IMG/VR virus record: IMGVR_UViG_3300028029_000006
Span: 312,236 to 376,235 of that record
Length of the DNA: 64,000 nt
Strand: one strand, 5' to 3'
DNA from: a virus
Part shown: one piece after another, positions 10,750 to 21,632 of the stretch
How positions within the stretch are numbered: position 1 is the first letter of the stretch
Layout of the letters: every line of letters begins with the position of its first letter
The notes under the pieces: generated by a model
Database searches by the model: none
What the model was told of the DNA's origin: nothing
What the model saw: the letters and a program-made list of their open reading frames with translations, nothing else
Translations under genes and position numbers: made by a program

Positions 10750-11544
10750 ATGACGTACTCTCTTGGTGAAACACAGGAGGCGTATGAGGAGCCTTATAGT
10801 TTTAAGATTACTAGAAAGTTACCTATAGTTATTCGAGCTAAGCTCAGAAATTACAAACGCCTTATTCAAAGTTTAGAAAAGCCATTTAGCCTCGAATTCT
10901 CAGAGGTTATGGATCAAACTACATTATTTGCAATTGGACAGATACAAGATGCTGTATTTGGTTATTGTCATAATGATGAAATTATTTTTATTTTAAAAAA
11001 CAATGAACAACCTCCTTGGTTAAGAAATGATATTCAAAGTATTGTATCTATAATTTCAAGTTTTTTAACTGATGGTTTTCGTCAGTCTCTTGAGATTTTT
11101 GGAGATAATATTAATTTATCTGGCAATATCTCATTTGAAGTTAAAGCATGGGCCTTGCCAAATTTAAATGAGGCTGTTAATTATTTAATTCATAGACAAG
11201 ATTCTTGTATTAAAAATTCAATTAATCGAGCGTGTGGTTTTGAATTAGAAGTTAAAGTTGGTAGAGATAAAGCTTCTGCACTTTTTAGAGACAAATCTTA
11301 CAACGATAAAGAAGATATGCTTCTAAATTATTGCGGGATTGATTTATATGAGTATTACCCTAATAATTTCATTTTTGGTTCAGCTATTTATAAAATTAAA
11401 TCAATTAAACCTGATAAATTATCATCTAGAAATCGCTGGTATGTTAACAATGATATACCTAATTTTATTAATGATAAAGGTTTCTTATCAACTATCTTAA
11501 CAAATGGGGCTGACATATTTCGTGCAGCACAACTTAACAAATAA
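10750..11544 (+). CDS. tRNA(His) guanylyltransferase Thg1-like protein, degenerate first catalytic motif
   Basis: PIVIR, LEKPF, GYCHNDEIIF, NYLIHRQDSCIKNSI; the expected RxDG reads RAKL. Confidence 0.75.
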   Translation: MTYSLGETQEAYEEPYSFKITRKLPIVIRAKLRNYKRLIQSLEKPFSLEFSEVMDQTTLFAIGQIQDAVFGYCHNDEIIFILKNNEQPPWLRNDIQSIVSIISSFLTDGFRQSLEIFGDNINLSGNISFEVKAWALPNLNEAVNYLIHRQDSCIKNSINRACGFELEVKVGRDKASALFRDKSYNDKEDMLLNYCGIDLYEYYPNNFIFGSAIYKIKSIKPDKLSSRNRWYVNNDIPNFINDKGFLSTILTNGADIFRAAQLNK

Positions 11545-11558
11545 TTTGGAAATAATAT

Positions 11559-11996
11559 ATGTCACTTAATAATTTAAAAATTGATATCAACCCTAAATTT
11601 GACAAAGATGATAATGTTTATCATATTGGAAAGCTTAAAGCTCCAATTTCAATTGATTTATCTCAAGGGGTAACGTTTTTGATTTTTTTAGCAGTATCTG
11701 GAGAAGAGGAGTTACAAATTGCAGTTAATGATAAAGAATCGGCAAATTTTAGTAGACTTAAAGTTGTTAAAAATAAAATAAAAATTGAAATGGACAAAAG
11801 GGTTGACAAGGATGACCGAGCGTATTATGTTTGTAAGGTTCGCTATCCTGGCGTGATCAACTGCTTTGAGGAGGCTTGCTTCTTGGCTTTTACCTCAAGG
11901 GAAGAAAATGAAGAACTTCAAATCACAGGTTTAATTGAGTTAGATGATAAGTCTGGTAGAAGTAAAAGAAGAGAAATTGAGATACTTAGAAGATGA
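11559..11996 (+). CDS. Hypothetical protein with an internal two-fold repeat
   Basis: KID..DKDDNVYH..FLIF..EEELQI repeated as KIE..DKDDRAYY..FLAF..NEELQI. Confidence 0.55.
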   Translation: MSLNNLKIDINPKFDKDDNVYHIGKLKAPISIDLSQGVTFLIFLAVSGEEELQIAVNDKESANFSRLKVVKNKIKIEMDKRVDKDDRAYYVCKVRYPGVINCFEEACFLAFTSREENEELQITGLIELDDKSGRSKRREIEILRR

Positions 11997-12464
11997 AAAA
12001 AAATAATTAAAATAATTGCCAAATTTTATGGTTGCTCAAAGATGAGGTTTAATAAAGAGGGTAAATTAAAAAAGAAATCCAAAAAAGAATTTACAGAATC
12101 TTATAAAGTTAATTGGATGGATGTATCTAAATATAACTTATTATCAGAAGATTTCATTAGAGAATTTAAAGATCATGTAAATTGGGAATATATATCTATA
12201 AATTAAATATTATCAGAAGTATTTGTTAGAGAATTTCAAGATAAAGTAGATTTGAGAGTTATACTTTGTTATCAAGAATTATCAGAATATTTTATTAGAG
12301 AATTTCAAGATAATGTATATTGGAATGATATCTCTCGTTATCAGAAATTATCTGAAGAGTTCATAAGAGAATTTCAAGATAAAGTAGATTGGGTTTATAT
12401 ATTTGAATATCAAAAATTATCTGATAAGTTTAAGCTTGAATTTAAAGAAAGATTAAAAAAATGA
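11993..12464 (+). pseudogene. Disrupted 23-aa Trp-repeat gene
   Basis: Family leader out of frame after an A8 run; in-frame TAA at 12204 where paralogs have CAA (SINQILS). Confidence 0.65.
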
Positions 12465-14665
12465 AATTTAATTTAAAAGACAGAACAATATTATTAACTG
12501 TTGCCGGTTCAAGAGCTTACGGAATTAGCACTCCAGAATCTGATATTGACATTAAAGGAGTAGCAGTACCAACCAAAGAATATTTTCTAGGTTACATTAA
12601 TAAATTTGAACAAGCAGACAAATCATCTCATTTAACATGTTTCCTACCTTTATTTTCAGATGATGAACGTGATATTATTTCAAGAACCAAATTAGAAGGA
12701 TCAGTTTATAACATCAGAAAGTTTATTAAATTAGCCGCAGATGCTAACCCAAATATTCTTGATGCTCTTTTTTGTCGAGAACAAGAAGTAAGATTGCAAA
12801 CTAAAGCAGGTAAACTTCTTAGAGAAAATAGAGATCTTTTTATATCCAAAAAAGCTAGATGGACTTTCAATGGGTATGCAAAAAGTCAGCTAAAAAGAAT
12901 TAAAACTCATAGGAAGTATTTATTGAATCCTATGACTCATAAACCGACAAGAGATGAATTCAACCTTCCTCCTACCTCTAAAATTCCTAAAGAACAATTG
13001 AATGCAGCTTTTTCTGCTGTTAAAAAACAAATTGATAATTGGGAAATTGATTATAATGAGTTAGATGAGTCAACTAAAATGTATATTGAAAGACAAATTA
13101 GTGACTTGTTAACTGAAATCTCAGTTGCTTCTAATGAAAAATTTGCTGCGGCTGCTAGACTTGTTGGTTATAGTGATAACTTCATTCATCTTCTTAAAAA
13201 AGAAAGAGAATTTAAAGTTGCTTCTACTCAATGGGTTCAATATAATGATTGGAAAAAGAACAGAAACCCTTTGAGAGCGGCAGATGAAAAGAAGTACGGG
13301 TATGATTGTTATACTGATGATACAGAATTTTTAACTAAAAATGGTTGGAAAAATTTTGATTATGTAGAAGAAGAAGATGAGCTAGCAACAGTTTATATTG
13401 GGGAGGATCTTACTAATAGGAAATTTGGTAAAATAGAGTATCAAAAATATAAAGATAAGTTTCAGGGTGTTTTTTCTGGAGATTTGTACAATTTGTTTGG
13501 GTATCATATTGATACATTAGTGACGCCGAATCATAGAATGTTAATTAGAAAAGTAGAAAGAAAATCTAATAAAAAATATGATTGGCATTTATGTGAAATG
13601 GCAAATTTACCAGATACATTTGAAATAATGATGTCTCCAGTATCAAATAATAAAAATTATTCTAATAAAGATTATTTTAATGATATAAACATTAAACCTG
13701 AACCATTTATGAGATTAATGGGTTGGTATCTATCAGACGGAACAGCTGGTTTTAATTATAATAAAGATAATGTTAAAACAGTTAAAGTAATTACTATTTC
13801 TCAAAAAAAAGGGGGAGATTTGTGTCATAGCATGCTTAGGTTTGCTAATAAATATAAAAATGAAGCTAGCTGTTCATTATATAAATATATAAATAAAGGT
13901 GATGGAAAATTTAGGGATTTTCCCATTGAAGAACATAGATTATCTGTTAGAGATAAAAACATTATTAATAAGTTATATTTAGGTTGTGGCCATGGCTCCC
14001 ATAATAAAAGAATTCCTAGATGGGTGTTTTCTTTATCAAAAAGGCTTAAAGTGATTTTGATTGATGCTATGGTAGCTGGAGATGGTACTATTAGAAAATG
14101 TGGTTTTAAAAGTATAATTTACTATTCTTCATCTAGAGATTTGGCCAGTGATATACAAGAATTATCTATGAGTTGTGGTTTTGAAACATCTTTATATGGT
14201 CCTTATGAGTCTGATAATAAAGGTTATTATACTCTTATGTATCAAGTTCATATTAATAAAAAAGCCCCACAAATTAAAAAAATGGTTAGAGCAAGAAATG
14301 TAAAAAAAATACCTATTAAAAATCAAAGAATCGTATGTTTTACAGTTCCAAATGGAACGTTGATTACTAGACGTAATGGGCATATAGGAATTCATGGCAA
14401 CTCAAAACATGGTGGGCACCTTTTTAGACTTTTAAAAATGGCAAGAGAAATTCTTGTTGATGGCAAAGTAAATATTTGGCGAGAAGACGCGGAAGAGATT
14501 TTGGCCGTTCGAAATGGCGAATGGTCTTATGAAAAATTGGTTGACTTTGCAGAATCTGAAGATAAAGAGATGCAAAAGTTATATAATGATTCAAAGCTAC
14601 CAAACACACCAGATCAAAAAAAGATTGATGAGCTGTGCATTGAAATTGTGGAGAGTATGTTGTGA
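12461..14665 (+). CDS. Pol-beta superfamily nucleotidyltransferase (RlaP/YcgL-like) containing an intein
   Basis: GSRAYG...SDIDIKGV, NPNILD; extein junction GYD/SKHGGHLFRLL. Confidence 0.85.
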   Translation: MKFNLKDRTILLTVAGSRAYGISTPESDIDIKGVAVPTKEYFLGYINKFEQADKSSHLTCFLPLFSDDERDIISRTKLEGSVYNIRKFIKLAADANPNILDALFCREQEVRLQTKAGKLLRENRDLFISKKARWTFNGYAKSQLKRIKTHRKYLLNPMTHKPTRDEFNLPPTSKIPKEQLNAAFSAVKKQIDNWEIDYNELDESTKMYIERQISDLLTEISVASNEKFAAAARLVGYSDNFIHLLKKEREFKVASTQWVQYNDWKKNRNPLRAADEKKYGYDCYTDDTEFLTKNGWKNFDYVEEEDELATVYIGEDLTNRKFGKIEYQKYKDKFQGVFSGDLYNLFGYHIDTLVTPNHRMLIRKVERKSNKKYDWHLCEMANLPDTFEIMMSPVSNNKNYSNKDYFNDINIKPEPFMRLMGWYLSDGTAGFNYNKDNVKTVKVITISQKKGGDLCHSMLRFANKYKNEASCSLYKYINKGDGKFRDFPIEEHRLSVRDKNIINKLYLGCGHGSHNKRIPRWVFSLSKRLKVILIDAMVAGDGTIRKCGFKSIIYYSSSRDLASDIQELSMSCGFETSLYGPYESDNKGYYTLMYQVHINKKAPQIKKMVRARNVKKIPIKNQRIVCFTVPNGTLITRRNGHIGIHGNSKHGGHLFRLLKMAREILVDGKVNIWREDAEEILAVRNGEWSYEKLVDFAESEDKEMQKLYNDSKLPNTPDQKKIDELCIEIVESML
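13307..14401 (+). mobile_element. Intein (365 aa) with LAGLIDADG homing endonuclease
   Basis: Starts CYTDDTEFLTKNGW, block B VTPNHRM, endonuclease motifs LMGWYLSDG and IDAMVAGDG, ends IHGN followed by Ser+1. Confidence 0.93.
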
Positions 14666-14967
14666 TAAAACATTTTGAACATTTGTGGGAAGAAGCTGAA
14701 GTAGTTGTTTCTAATTTTTACGAAAGTAAAAGTGAAGATAATATGATTGTAGATTTTACATCATTGACTTCTGCTAATAATCTTTTAAAAAAACTTACAT
14801 CTTCTGGGAATAAAGAAGATCAATATGAGTGTATGGGGGATTTAATTACGTTTTTATGTTTTTATTCAAAGAAATATGATATAAATTCATATGCAGCATT
14901 AAAAGATTCAATTAATAATATGAAAATTGATATGTTAGATGAAGATGATTAATAAAGAGGAGGATTT

Positions 14968-15708
14968 ATGAAAAGAAGAGGGTTTTTAAAAAACTTAGGT
15001 TTAACTTCTATTTTGGCAGGACCTGTATTAGCCTCTAAAGTGGTGGAAGCTATTACGATTGAAAAGAAAACAATTAAGAATGACTCTCCAGAGCCGCTTG
15101 CTTACCCAGAATATGATGAAAAACTAAAGATTTTAGAAGATGTTGGTATTATTTCTAATCTTGTTAATATTGATATTATATCTAAAACTATAAGTATATC
15201 AAAACCTTATAATTTCGATTATATTTCAGGTTTATCATTTTATAGATATATAATGGATCTGTTTAATGACGCTAAGTATTTAGTTGAAGCAATCCCAATG
15301 TTACATCATACAGATAGTATATTTGAAATGTTTAATGGATGGAAACTTTACGGTATAAATAGTTTATCTAGTTTTTCGGTTAAATGTTCTGATAAGCTTC
15401 ATTATATGAATGTGTGGAGTTGTGGTAATATGCCTAAAAATGCTAAATGTAAATGGCAGGTAATTGAAAATGGTTATATTTTTGATGAAGGGCGTTTTTC
15501 TAAAAAAGGTAATTTTAATGAACCAATCAGAGTTCCTAGTAACACAAAGGATGTTTCAGTGAAAATTTATTATTCATTAAATGAAAGACAATATGATGAA
15601 ATTATTTTTCCTCTAAATGGATCTGTTCAAGGATCCTTTGCTTTTCCATTTTTTGTAAAAGATAGAGCAAGAGAAAAATGGTTTAAGGAAATTTCCTCTG
15701 CCACTTGA
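14968..15708 (+). CDS. Hypothetical protein with twin-arginine signal peptide
   Basis: MKRRGFLKNLGLTSILAGPVLA; strong RBS GAGGAGG. Confidence 0.6.
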   Translation: MKRRGFLKNLGLTSILAGPVLASKVVEAITIEKKTIKNDSPEPLAYPEYDEKLKILEDVGIISNLVNIDIISKTISISKPYNFDYISGLSFYRYIMDLFNDAKYLVEAIPMLHHTDSIFEMFNGWKLYGINSLSSFSVKCSDKLHYMNVWSCGNMPKNAKCKWQVIENGYIFDEGRFSKKGNFNEPIRVPSNTKDVSVKIYYSLNERQYDEIIFPLNGSVQGSFAFPFFVKDRAREKWFKEISSAT

Positions 15709-15732
15709 CGCCTCACAGATGATGATTAAAAT
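15705..15732 (+). promoter_or_regulatory. Sigma70-like promoter
   Basis: TTGACG-16 nt-TAAAAT directly before ATG 15739. Confidence 0.6.
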
Positions 15733-15738
15733 ATCATC

Positions 15739-16383
15739 ATGACACGTATATTTTTATCACTTCTAGTCGCGGCATTATGCCTCAACTCACAAGCTGTTAA
15801 CAAGGCTTTTGCATCTCCTACCGGTGGTAGCATGGAGCCGACCCAGGAAGAGCGTTTAAACAACCCCCAAGCTCTTTCTGGCCCATGCTCACACGTCAGC
15901 ATCATCGAATGGAGAAGCACAAGGGGGAAAGCCGGTTCTGAAATTAATAAAAAAAATATTGCTATCTTAAAAAAGACTTGTAAATTGGTAGTGAATAATT
16001 TTGAATCATTCATTAAACAAAAAAGATTTTATAAATTTAAAGGAGATGTATCTAAATTCAATGTTGAAATTTGTTTAATGCCTTTGAATTCTAAATCAAG
16101 AAATTTAAATGATCTCAAAGGTAGATTTTTAAAACGAGCAGTTCAAGTTCCAGTTTGGGGTTACTATCAATATAGTAGCAATAATATTTATATTAGAAAT
16201 GATGTTATGATTAACAAAAGAGTTAATAAAACATTTGTTAAGGTTTTCGCACATGAATTATTCCATGCAATGAGTTCTCAATTTGAAATTTATGATCAGC
16301 ATTCTTTAGATCCTAAATTAGCGAGTAAATTAGAAGAAAAAATGGCGAGAGATTTTACTGAGTTTATTAAGTTAGGAAGATGA
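15739..16383 (+). CDS. Secreted zincin-like metallopeptidase
   Basis: Signal peptide; FAHELFHA followed by EEKMA. Confidence 0.6.
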   Translation: MTRIFLSLLVAALCLNSQAVNKAFASPTGGSMEPTQEERLNNPQALSGPCSHVSIIEWRSTRGKAGSEINKKNIAILKKTCKLVVNNFESFIKQKRFYKFKGDVSKFNVEICLMPLNSKSRNLNDLKGRFLKRAVQVPVWGYYQYSSNNIYIRNDVMINKRVNKTFVKVFAHELFHAMSSQFEIYDQHSLDPKLASKLEEKMARDFTEFIKLGR

Positions 16384-16845
16384 TAAAATGACAATGGAAA
16401 GATATTGTAGATGCTCAAATTGTAAAGATGTATATCTTTATTTGTCTAGTGGAGTGTGTGGTTATTATACTAATCATAAAGATAGTAAATATTGCGAAGA
16501 GTGTCATGATGTAATTATTAATGCATTAAAAAAAATACCCCCAAAATATAAATGTATTTGGGTTAAAACTAATGATGTGGTATTAGAAGATTTAGAAAAA
16601 TGGGTGACAGACGAAAAGGTAAATAAATTATTTAGAAGGTTGTCTTTTCCTTTATTTAGATTTGGACCTAAAGGTCATCAAGCTAATATAAGAGAAATAG
16701 TAAATGGTGTAGGTGAGTTTTCTGAACGTGTTTTTAAATATTCATATTGGGAAAATAAAAATAAAAAAGAAGAAATTGAAATAACCGAAGAGGTTTGGTT
16801 GAATATTAAAACAGGTGAAACGACCCCAGTACGAAAGTTGGTATA

Positions 16846-17619
16846 ATGCTTAAAGTTCAAGTTCCAAAAGGAACTACAGTTACATTTTGCGGGGATGTTC
16901 ATGAGCATGAAGACCAGTTTCTTAAGTTAATTGAAGAAATAGATCCCAACGAAAAAAGATTATTTGCTTCGGTTGGTGATATTTTTGATAAAGGTCACGG
17001 CACAGAAGCTGCAGAAAGAATTTTAGATAAAATTAAAGAGTTGTCAGATGATAAAATTGGTTTTATGATTAAAGGAAATCATGAATTAAAACGTTTAAGA
17101 CATTATAAAAGGCATAAATTAGAATTATCTCCTCAATTAGAGTGGGTAAAAAAACAACCTACTGCAATTCTATTTGAATTTCATAATCGTTCAAGAGTGC
17201 TTATGGTGCATGGAGGAGTTACTCCAAATTATTCTTGGGATGATATTCATAATAATATTGAAACTTGCTATGTTAGGTGGGTTGATGATAAAGGAAACCA
17301 TATACCTTTGAAAAATAAAATTACTGATGGTAAAATTGATTTTTTCCCAGCTAAAACAGGTCCCATTTGGCATGAAAAATATGATGGCCGATTTGGTTAT
17401 ATAGTTAGTGGGCATTTTGTCCAAAAAGATGGAGAAGCCAAGTTTTATAATTATTCCTGCAATTTAGATTCAGGTTGTTATTTCACAGGAAAATTAACCG
17501 CCCAAGAATTTACTGATACAGGAACTAAAGGAAAAAAAATTGTTATTACTGGACCATCTAAATGGTCTGATGCAAATCAGGTTCACGAACAAACCGATCG
17601 GAAAGGAATATATAAATGA
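16846..17619 (+). CDS. Calcineurin-like metallophosphoesterase (PrpA/Pnkp-phosphatase-like)
   Basis: GDVH, GDIFDKG, GNHE, VHGG, GH, LDSGC. Confidence 0.88.
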   Translation: MLKVQVPKGTTVTFCGDVHEHEDQFLKLIEEIDPNEKRLFASVGDIFDKGHGTEAAERILDKIKELSDDKIGFMIKGNHELKRLRHYKRHKLELSPQLEWVKKQPTAILFEFHNRSRVLMVHGGVTPNYSWDDIHNNIETCYVRWVDDKGNHIPLKNKITDGKIDFFPAKTGPIWHEKYDGRFGYIVSGHFVQKDGEAKFYNYSCNLDSGCYFTGKLTAQEFTDTGTKGKKIVITGPSKWSDANQVHEQTDRKGIYK

Positions 17620-18557
17620 ATATTATTTTAGAACGAGGTAAAATATGGTCTTTAGAAGAACTTCCCCCATATTCAATTGCGTTAGATGGTGCTGTTCAAG
17701 GTCCTAAAATTGATATGGAACAACGGAGGTATAGTTTTGATCATCATGCAGGTTGCATGAGGTTTTGCACTGTATCATCTACTTATCAAGTTTGGATGGC
17801 GATATTATTAGGATTAGATCCAGCAAAAATCAAACAGGTTTACATTAATGATGTAGATCTTGATGTGTCAGGAGCTTTCTTTTGTCTTAAGAACCCAGAT
17901 CGTTGCAGCGAACCAAAAGTTAAAAGGTTAGTTGAATCAATCTCTTTAGGTGATATGCATGCGGGAGCAATTCCTTTAAATGAAATGTCCAAAGTTATTA
18001 ATTGGATTAGTAGCCCACAAACAGAATCAATTAGAAATGGAGATTATCATAAAATTTCTAATGAGGGCCTTTTAACTATTCTTGAATCAACTTTACATAG
18101 AATTGATAAGTATATAGATGATAAAGCCTCAGTTGAAATTGCTGAACAAGAGCTATTTTCAGATTTTGAAATAAAGAAAAATGAAAATGGTTGGGTTTTA
18201 GTTGAATCTCTTAACCCTTACATATATACATTTTTATATAGAGCTGGTTTTGATCGAATTGTTTTGGTTAGACCACAAGATGATGGATCAAATGCAATCT
18301 CTTTAGCTAAAAGAAGCGATTTTATTGATAATTTCCCTTTGGAAAAAATATATAATGAATTCAATAAGTTAGAGCCTGGTTGGGGTGGTGGAACTTCCGT
18401 TGGTGGAAGTCCAAGAAATGATGATGGGTCAAGATCTCGTCTTCCATTATCAACAATTGTTGAGGTAGTTAATGCTTGCGTTGAAGGTAGAGAGCCAGAT
18501 GTAAAGAAAACTACCAAGAAAAAAACAACCAAGAAAGTTTCTAAAAAGAATGCCTGA
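17616..18557 (+). CDS. DHH-like phosphoesterase
   Basis: ALDG, FDHH, NDVDLD, WGGGTSVGGSPR. Confidence 0.55.
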   Translation: MNIILERGKIWSLEELPPYSIALDGAVQGPKIDMEQRRYSFDHHAGCMRFCTVSSTYQVWMAILLGLDPAKIKQVYINDVDLDVSGAFFCLKNPDRCSEPKVKRLVESISLGDMHAGAIPLNEMSKVINWISSPQTESIRNGDYHKISNEGLLTILESTLHRIDKYIDDKASVEIAEQELFSDFEIKKNENGWVLVESLNPYIYTFLYRAGFDRIVLVRPQDDGSNAISLAKRSDFIDNFPLEKIYNEFNKLEPGWGGGTSVGGSPRNDDGSRSRLPLSTIVEVVNACVEGREPDVKKTTKKKTTKKVSKKNA

Positions 18558-18864
18558 TTTTTATCCAGACGTATATGATTATCAGAATGCTATGACAACT
18601 AAAGACTCTGTTAATGTTGAGGGTTTGGAGTTTTTTGTTTTAAAAGTTAAAGCTAGTACTGGTTTAAGCTATTTTACTTCATCAGAAATGGTTAGGTTGT
18701 TTTTTCAAGAGATTCGTAATAGTATGCTTGATGGAGATATTGTTAATTTAAACGAGTTTGGTAAATTTTTCATTTCAAAACCAGTTACTCAAGGGTTTTC
18801 AAGAGCTTTCCCAAAGTTTAAAGCTTATAAAGAATTACGTAAGAGGTTTAATGAAAAAAAATAA
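18550..18864 (+). CDS. HU/IHF-like DNA-binding protein (short arm)
   Basis: GDIVNLNEFGKF...PKFKAYKELRKRFN. Confidence 0.65.
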   Translation: MPDFYPDVYDYQNAMTTKDSVNVEGLEFFVLKVKASTGLSYFTSSEMVRLFFQEIRNSMLDGDIVNLNEFGKFFISKPVTQGFSRAFPKFKAYKELRKRFNEKK

Positions 18865-20070
18865 TTTAATTGATGAAGTTAAAGATGCCGATTCAAAAGT
18901 GTTAGCTGCTCATGTTGTGGTTTATAGAACACTTGGAATTAATAAAGAGTTAGCTAAAGCTTGTATGAGGGAATTATCTTCAAGAAAAGATGATTTTGAT
19001 CATGAAACTTTTATAGAGGAAAAAACGGCAGCAATGCCAAAACCTAAGAATATGGATTTAGTCAAAGTTACTAAAGATATTCAAAACCAAGTAAGGAATC
19101 TAAATGTCAGAAAACCTGTCAAGGATGTTAATACAAAGAATTCTAGCTAATATTGGAGCAGTTCCAGATAGCCCCGAAGCCGCTTTAAGAAGTAGCGATC
19201 TTCTTTTAAATACACCAATGAAAATTAAATACGAAGGTGGTCCAATTAATCATAATATGTACGCTGGGCAGCTGAGTATAGGTGATTCTAAACTGAAAGG
19301 TCTTTTAATTGATCTTACTGTTGATGATTATTCAGAGTTTTTATTCTTATTTAGAATGAGTGAGTTATCAATTCATGCAGTTAAAACTTTATATGATCAA
19401 ACCGATCTTGGTGAGACATATTTAAAATCTTATAATTCTGAAAAAGATAGTTGGAATGAATTAAGTATAGAATACAAAGGTCGTTTAATGGCAGATTTTG
19501 ATAAGTTTACTTCATATGGTTTTCTTTGGGATGATTGTGATGATTATGATGATTTATTCCAAGCTGCGATTAAATTAATCAATTTACAGAAAGGGTAGTT
19601 TATGTTTGCAAATTTTGTTGCCGAGTATATTCAAGAATGTTTAAAAGAAGGTATTAATAATCCTTCTGGTATGCGTTCAAAAGCGGAAGAGGAAATTAAA
19701 AGTTTACAAAAAGAAATTGATAGAATCAAATTAATAAAAGAGAGGCAGCAAAAATTAAGAGCTGTTATTAAAAATCTTGGAGGAGGAAATTGTAGAGAAT
19801 CTAATAATGATTCTGTGCAAGACTTTAAAGCTCCAGAAAACCAATTGCCAGATTCATATAAAAGTATTATTTATGATATTTGCGATGAAATTAATGTTTC
19901 TCATCCAAAAGGAGTGGAAGCTAGTAAAATCATTCATGAAATTGCAAAATTAAATGATCATAAAAATGGTTATTCGGCAATTCAATGGTTGGGTTTTAAT
20001 AAAATCATTACTAGAGATCCAAATGACCGATCTGTTATTAAAGGACCAAGGTGGGGTAAGAGGCCAGTAC

Positions 20071-20403
20071 GTGAGAATTAATAAAGATAATTTGATAAAT
20101 ACTATTCATGAACGTTTTAATGGGGAGTTACCTAAACAAACCGTTGATGATGCTATTTTAATTATTGCTGATTTGTTTTCAGATGTTTTAGTTAATGAAG
20201 AATCTATTACTATTCAGAATTTTGGGACAATACATACTTTCATGACTCCTAAACTTAAGTACATAAATTTTTTCACTAAAGAGCCGGGAATTATTCCGCC
20301 ACAGAAGAAGATTAAATTTCTTCCTCATATTATTTTTAAATCTTTAATACAAGAAAAAAAGATATTCTTAGAGAGAAGAGATGTTGACAGAGGTCCAATT
20401 TAG
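20071..20403 (+). CDS. HU/IHF-like DNA-binding protein
   Basis: INKDNLI...ESITIQNFGTI...INFFTKE...KIKFLP; GTG start at 20071. Confidence 0.7.
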   Translation: MRINKDNLINTIHERFNGELPKQTVDDAILIIADLFSDVLVNEESITIQNFGTIHTFMTPKLKYINFFTKEPGIIPPQKKIKFLPHIIFKSLIQEKKIFLERRDVDRGPI

Positions 20404-20978
20404 GGTTAATATGTTTGTATATTCAAGCGTTGAAAGGAAAGAAAATTATGAGTGATGAAGTTAAAGCTACTAGAGGTCGTCCGGCAGGAGTTCGAAGACC
20501 AGTTATATTTATTTGTGCAGCTATTGTTGATGGAAATTTAATTCAGGAAGAAGTTAAGGTTCCAGATCAAGAACCTGGGTCAATTACAGGATCTTTTCCA
20601 AAGGAATTTGCTATTGTTAAATTTAAAGAACAGTATAATGTAGATCCTGAGAAAATTTCTGGGCCAGGATATATTAAAAATGAAATTAAGAAAGTTTCAG
20701 TATCTAGAAAGAGACTTGTTATTGATAGAGATAATATTGATAAGTACACATTATCTACTGATCATAAGAAAGCTCAGTGTGGGTCTTGGAATGGATTAGT
20801 TAATTTATGTGTTGATAGTCCTGAAAAAGCTTTTTTTATTCCTCTTAGCAGGATTGGTGATTTTAACAAGAAAACAAACACTCCAGCTGCTGGCATTGTT
20901 AATGTATCAGATTTAGTTTTTGAGTCTGAGAATATTGAGACAATTTCGTCTGAACAATCTATTTGAATTTGAGTAAAT

Positions 20979-21614
20979 ATGGATGAATCTTTTACCGAAG
21001 AGTATGAACATATTCTTCAAAACGCACCACCAATAGATATATTTTCTAAATTAATAGAAGATAGAATTATTTTTTTACATCAAGATATTGATACAAATGT
21101 AGCAAGTAATTTAATTGCTACTATTATTTATTTAGATAACCTTGATCCTGAAGAAGAAATAACAATTTATATAAATTCTATTGGTGGTGATCTTTATTCT
21201 TTATTTGCTATTTATGATGTTTTTCAGGGCGTATCAGCACCAATTAAAACTATTGCAATTGGAAGAGCTTTCTCAGCTGCAGCGGTTTTATTAGCTGCTG
21301 GAGAAAAAGGTAGTAGGCTTATTTATCCTAACACTCAAATTATGATTCATAATGTTCAAATATCTGAAATGAATGGAAGTGTTAAAGAAGTTAAAGAAAT
21401 GATTCAGAAATTAGAAACAGAAAACAGCATATTAATTGAAATGTTGGCGCGTCATACTGGTCAAACGTTTAATAAAGTTAATAAAGATTGTATGAAAGAT
21501 ATGTATTTATCGGCAGAGGAAGCTGTTGAGTATGGAATAGCAGATAGTATTTTCTCACTTAAGAAAAAAGAACCTCCTCTTAAAAAAAGAAGGGCTCGTA
21601 AAAAGAAAAAGTGA
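20979..21614 (+). CDS. clpP: ClpP protease subunit
   Basis: DIFSKLIEDRIIFL, YINSIGG, AFSAAA (Ser), IMIHN (His), D-x-YLSAEEAVEYG. Confidence 0.92.
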   Translation: MDESFTEEYEHILQNAPPIDIFSKLIEDRIIFLHQDIDTNVASNLIATIIYLDNLDPEEEITIYINSIGGDLYSLFAIYDVFQGVSAPIKTIAIGRAFSAAAVLLAAGEKGSRLIYPNTQIMIHNVQISEMNGSVKEVKEMIQKLETENSILIEMLARHTGQTFNKVNKDCMKDMYLSAEEAVEYGIADSIFSLKKKEPPLKKRRARKKKK

Positions 21615-21632
21615 TTATTTTAGCATGATTGT

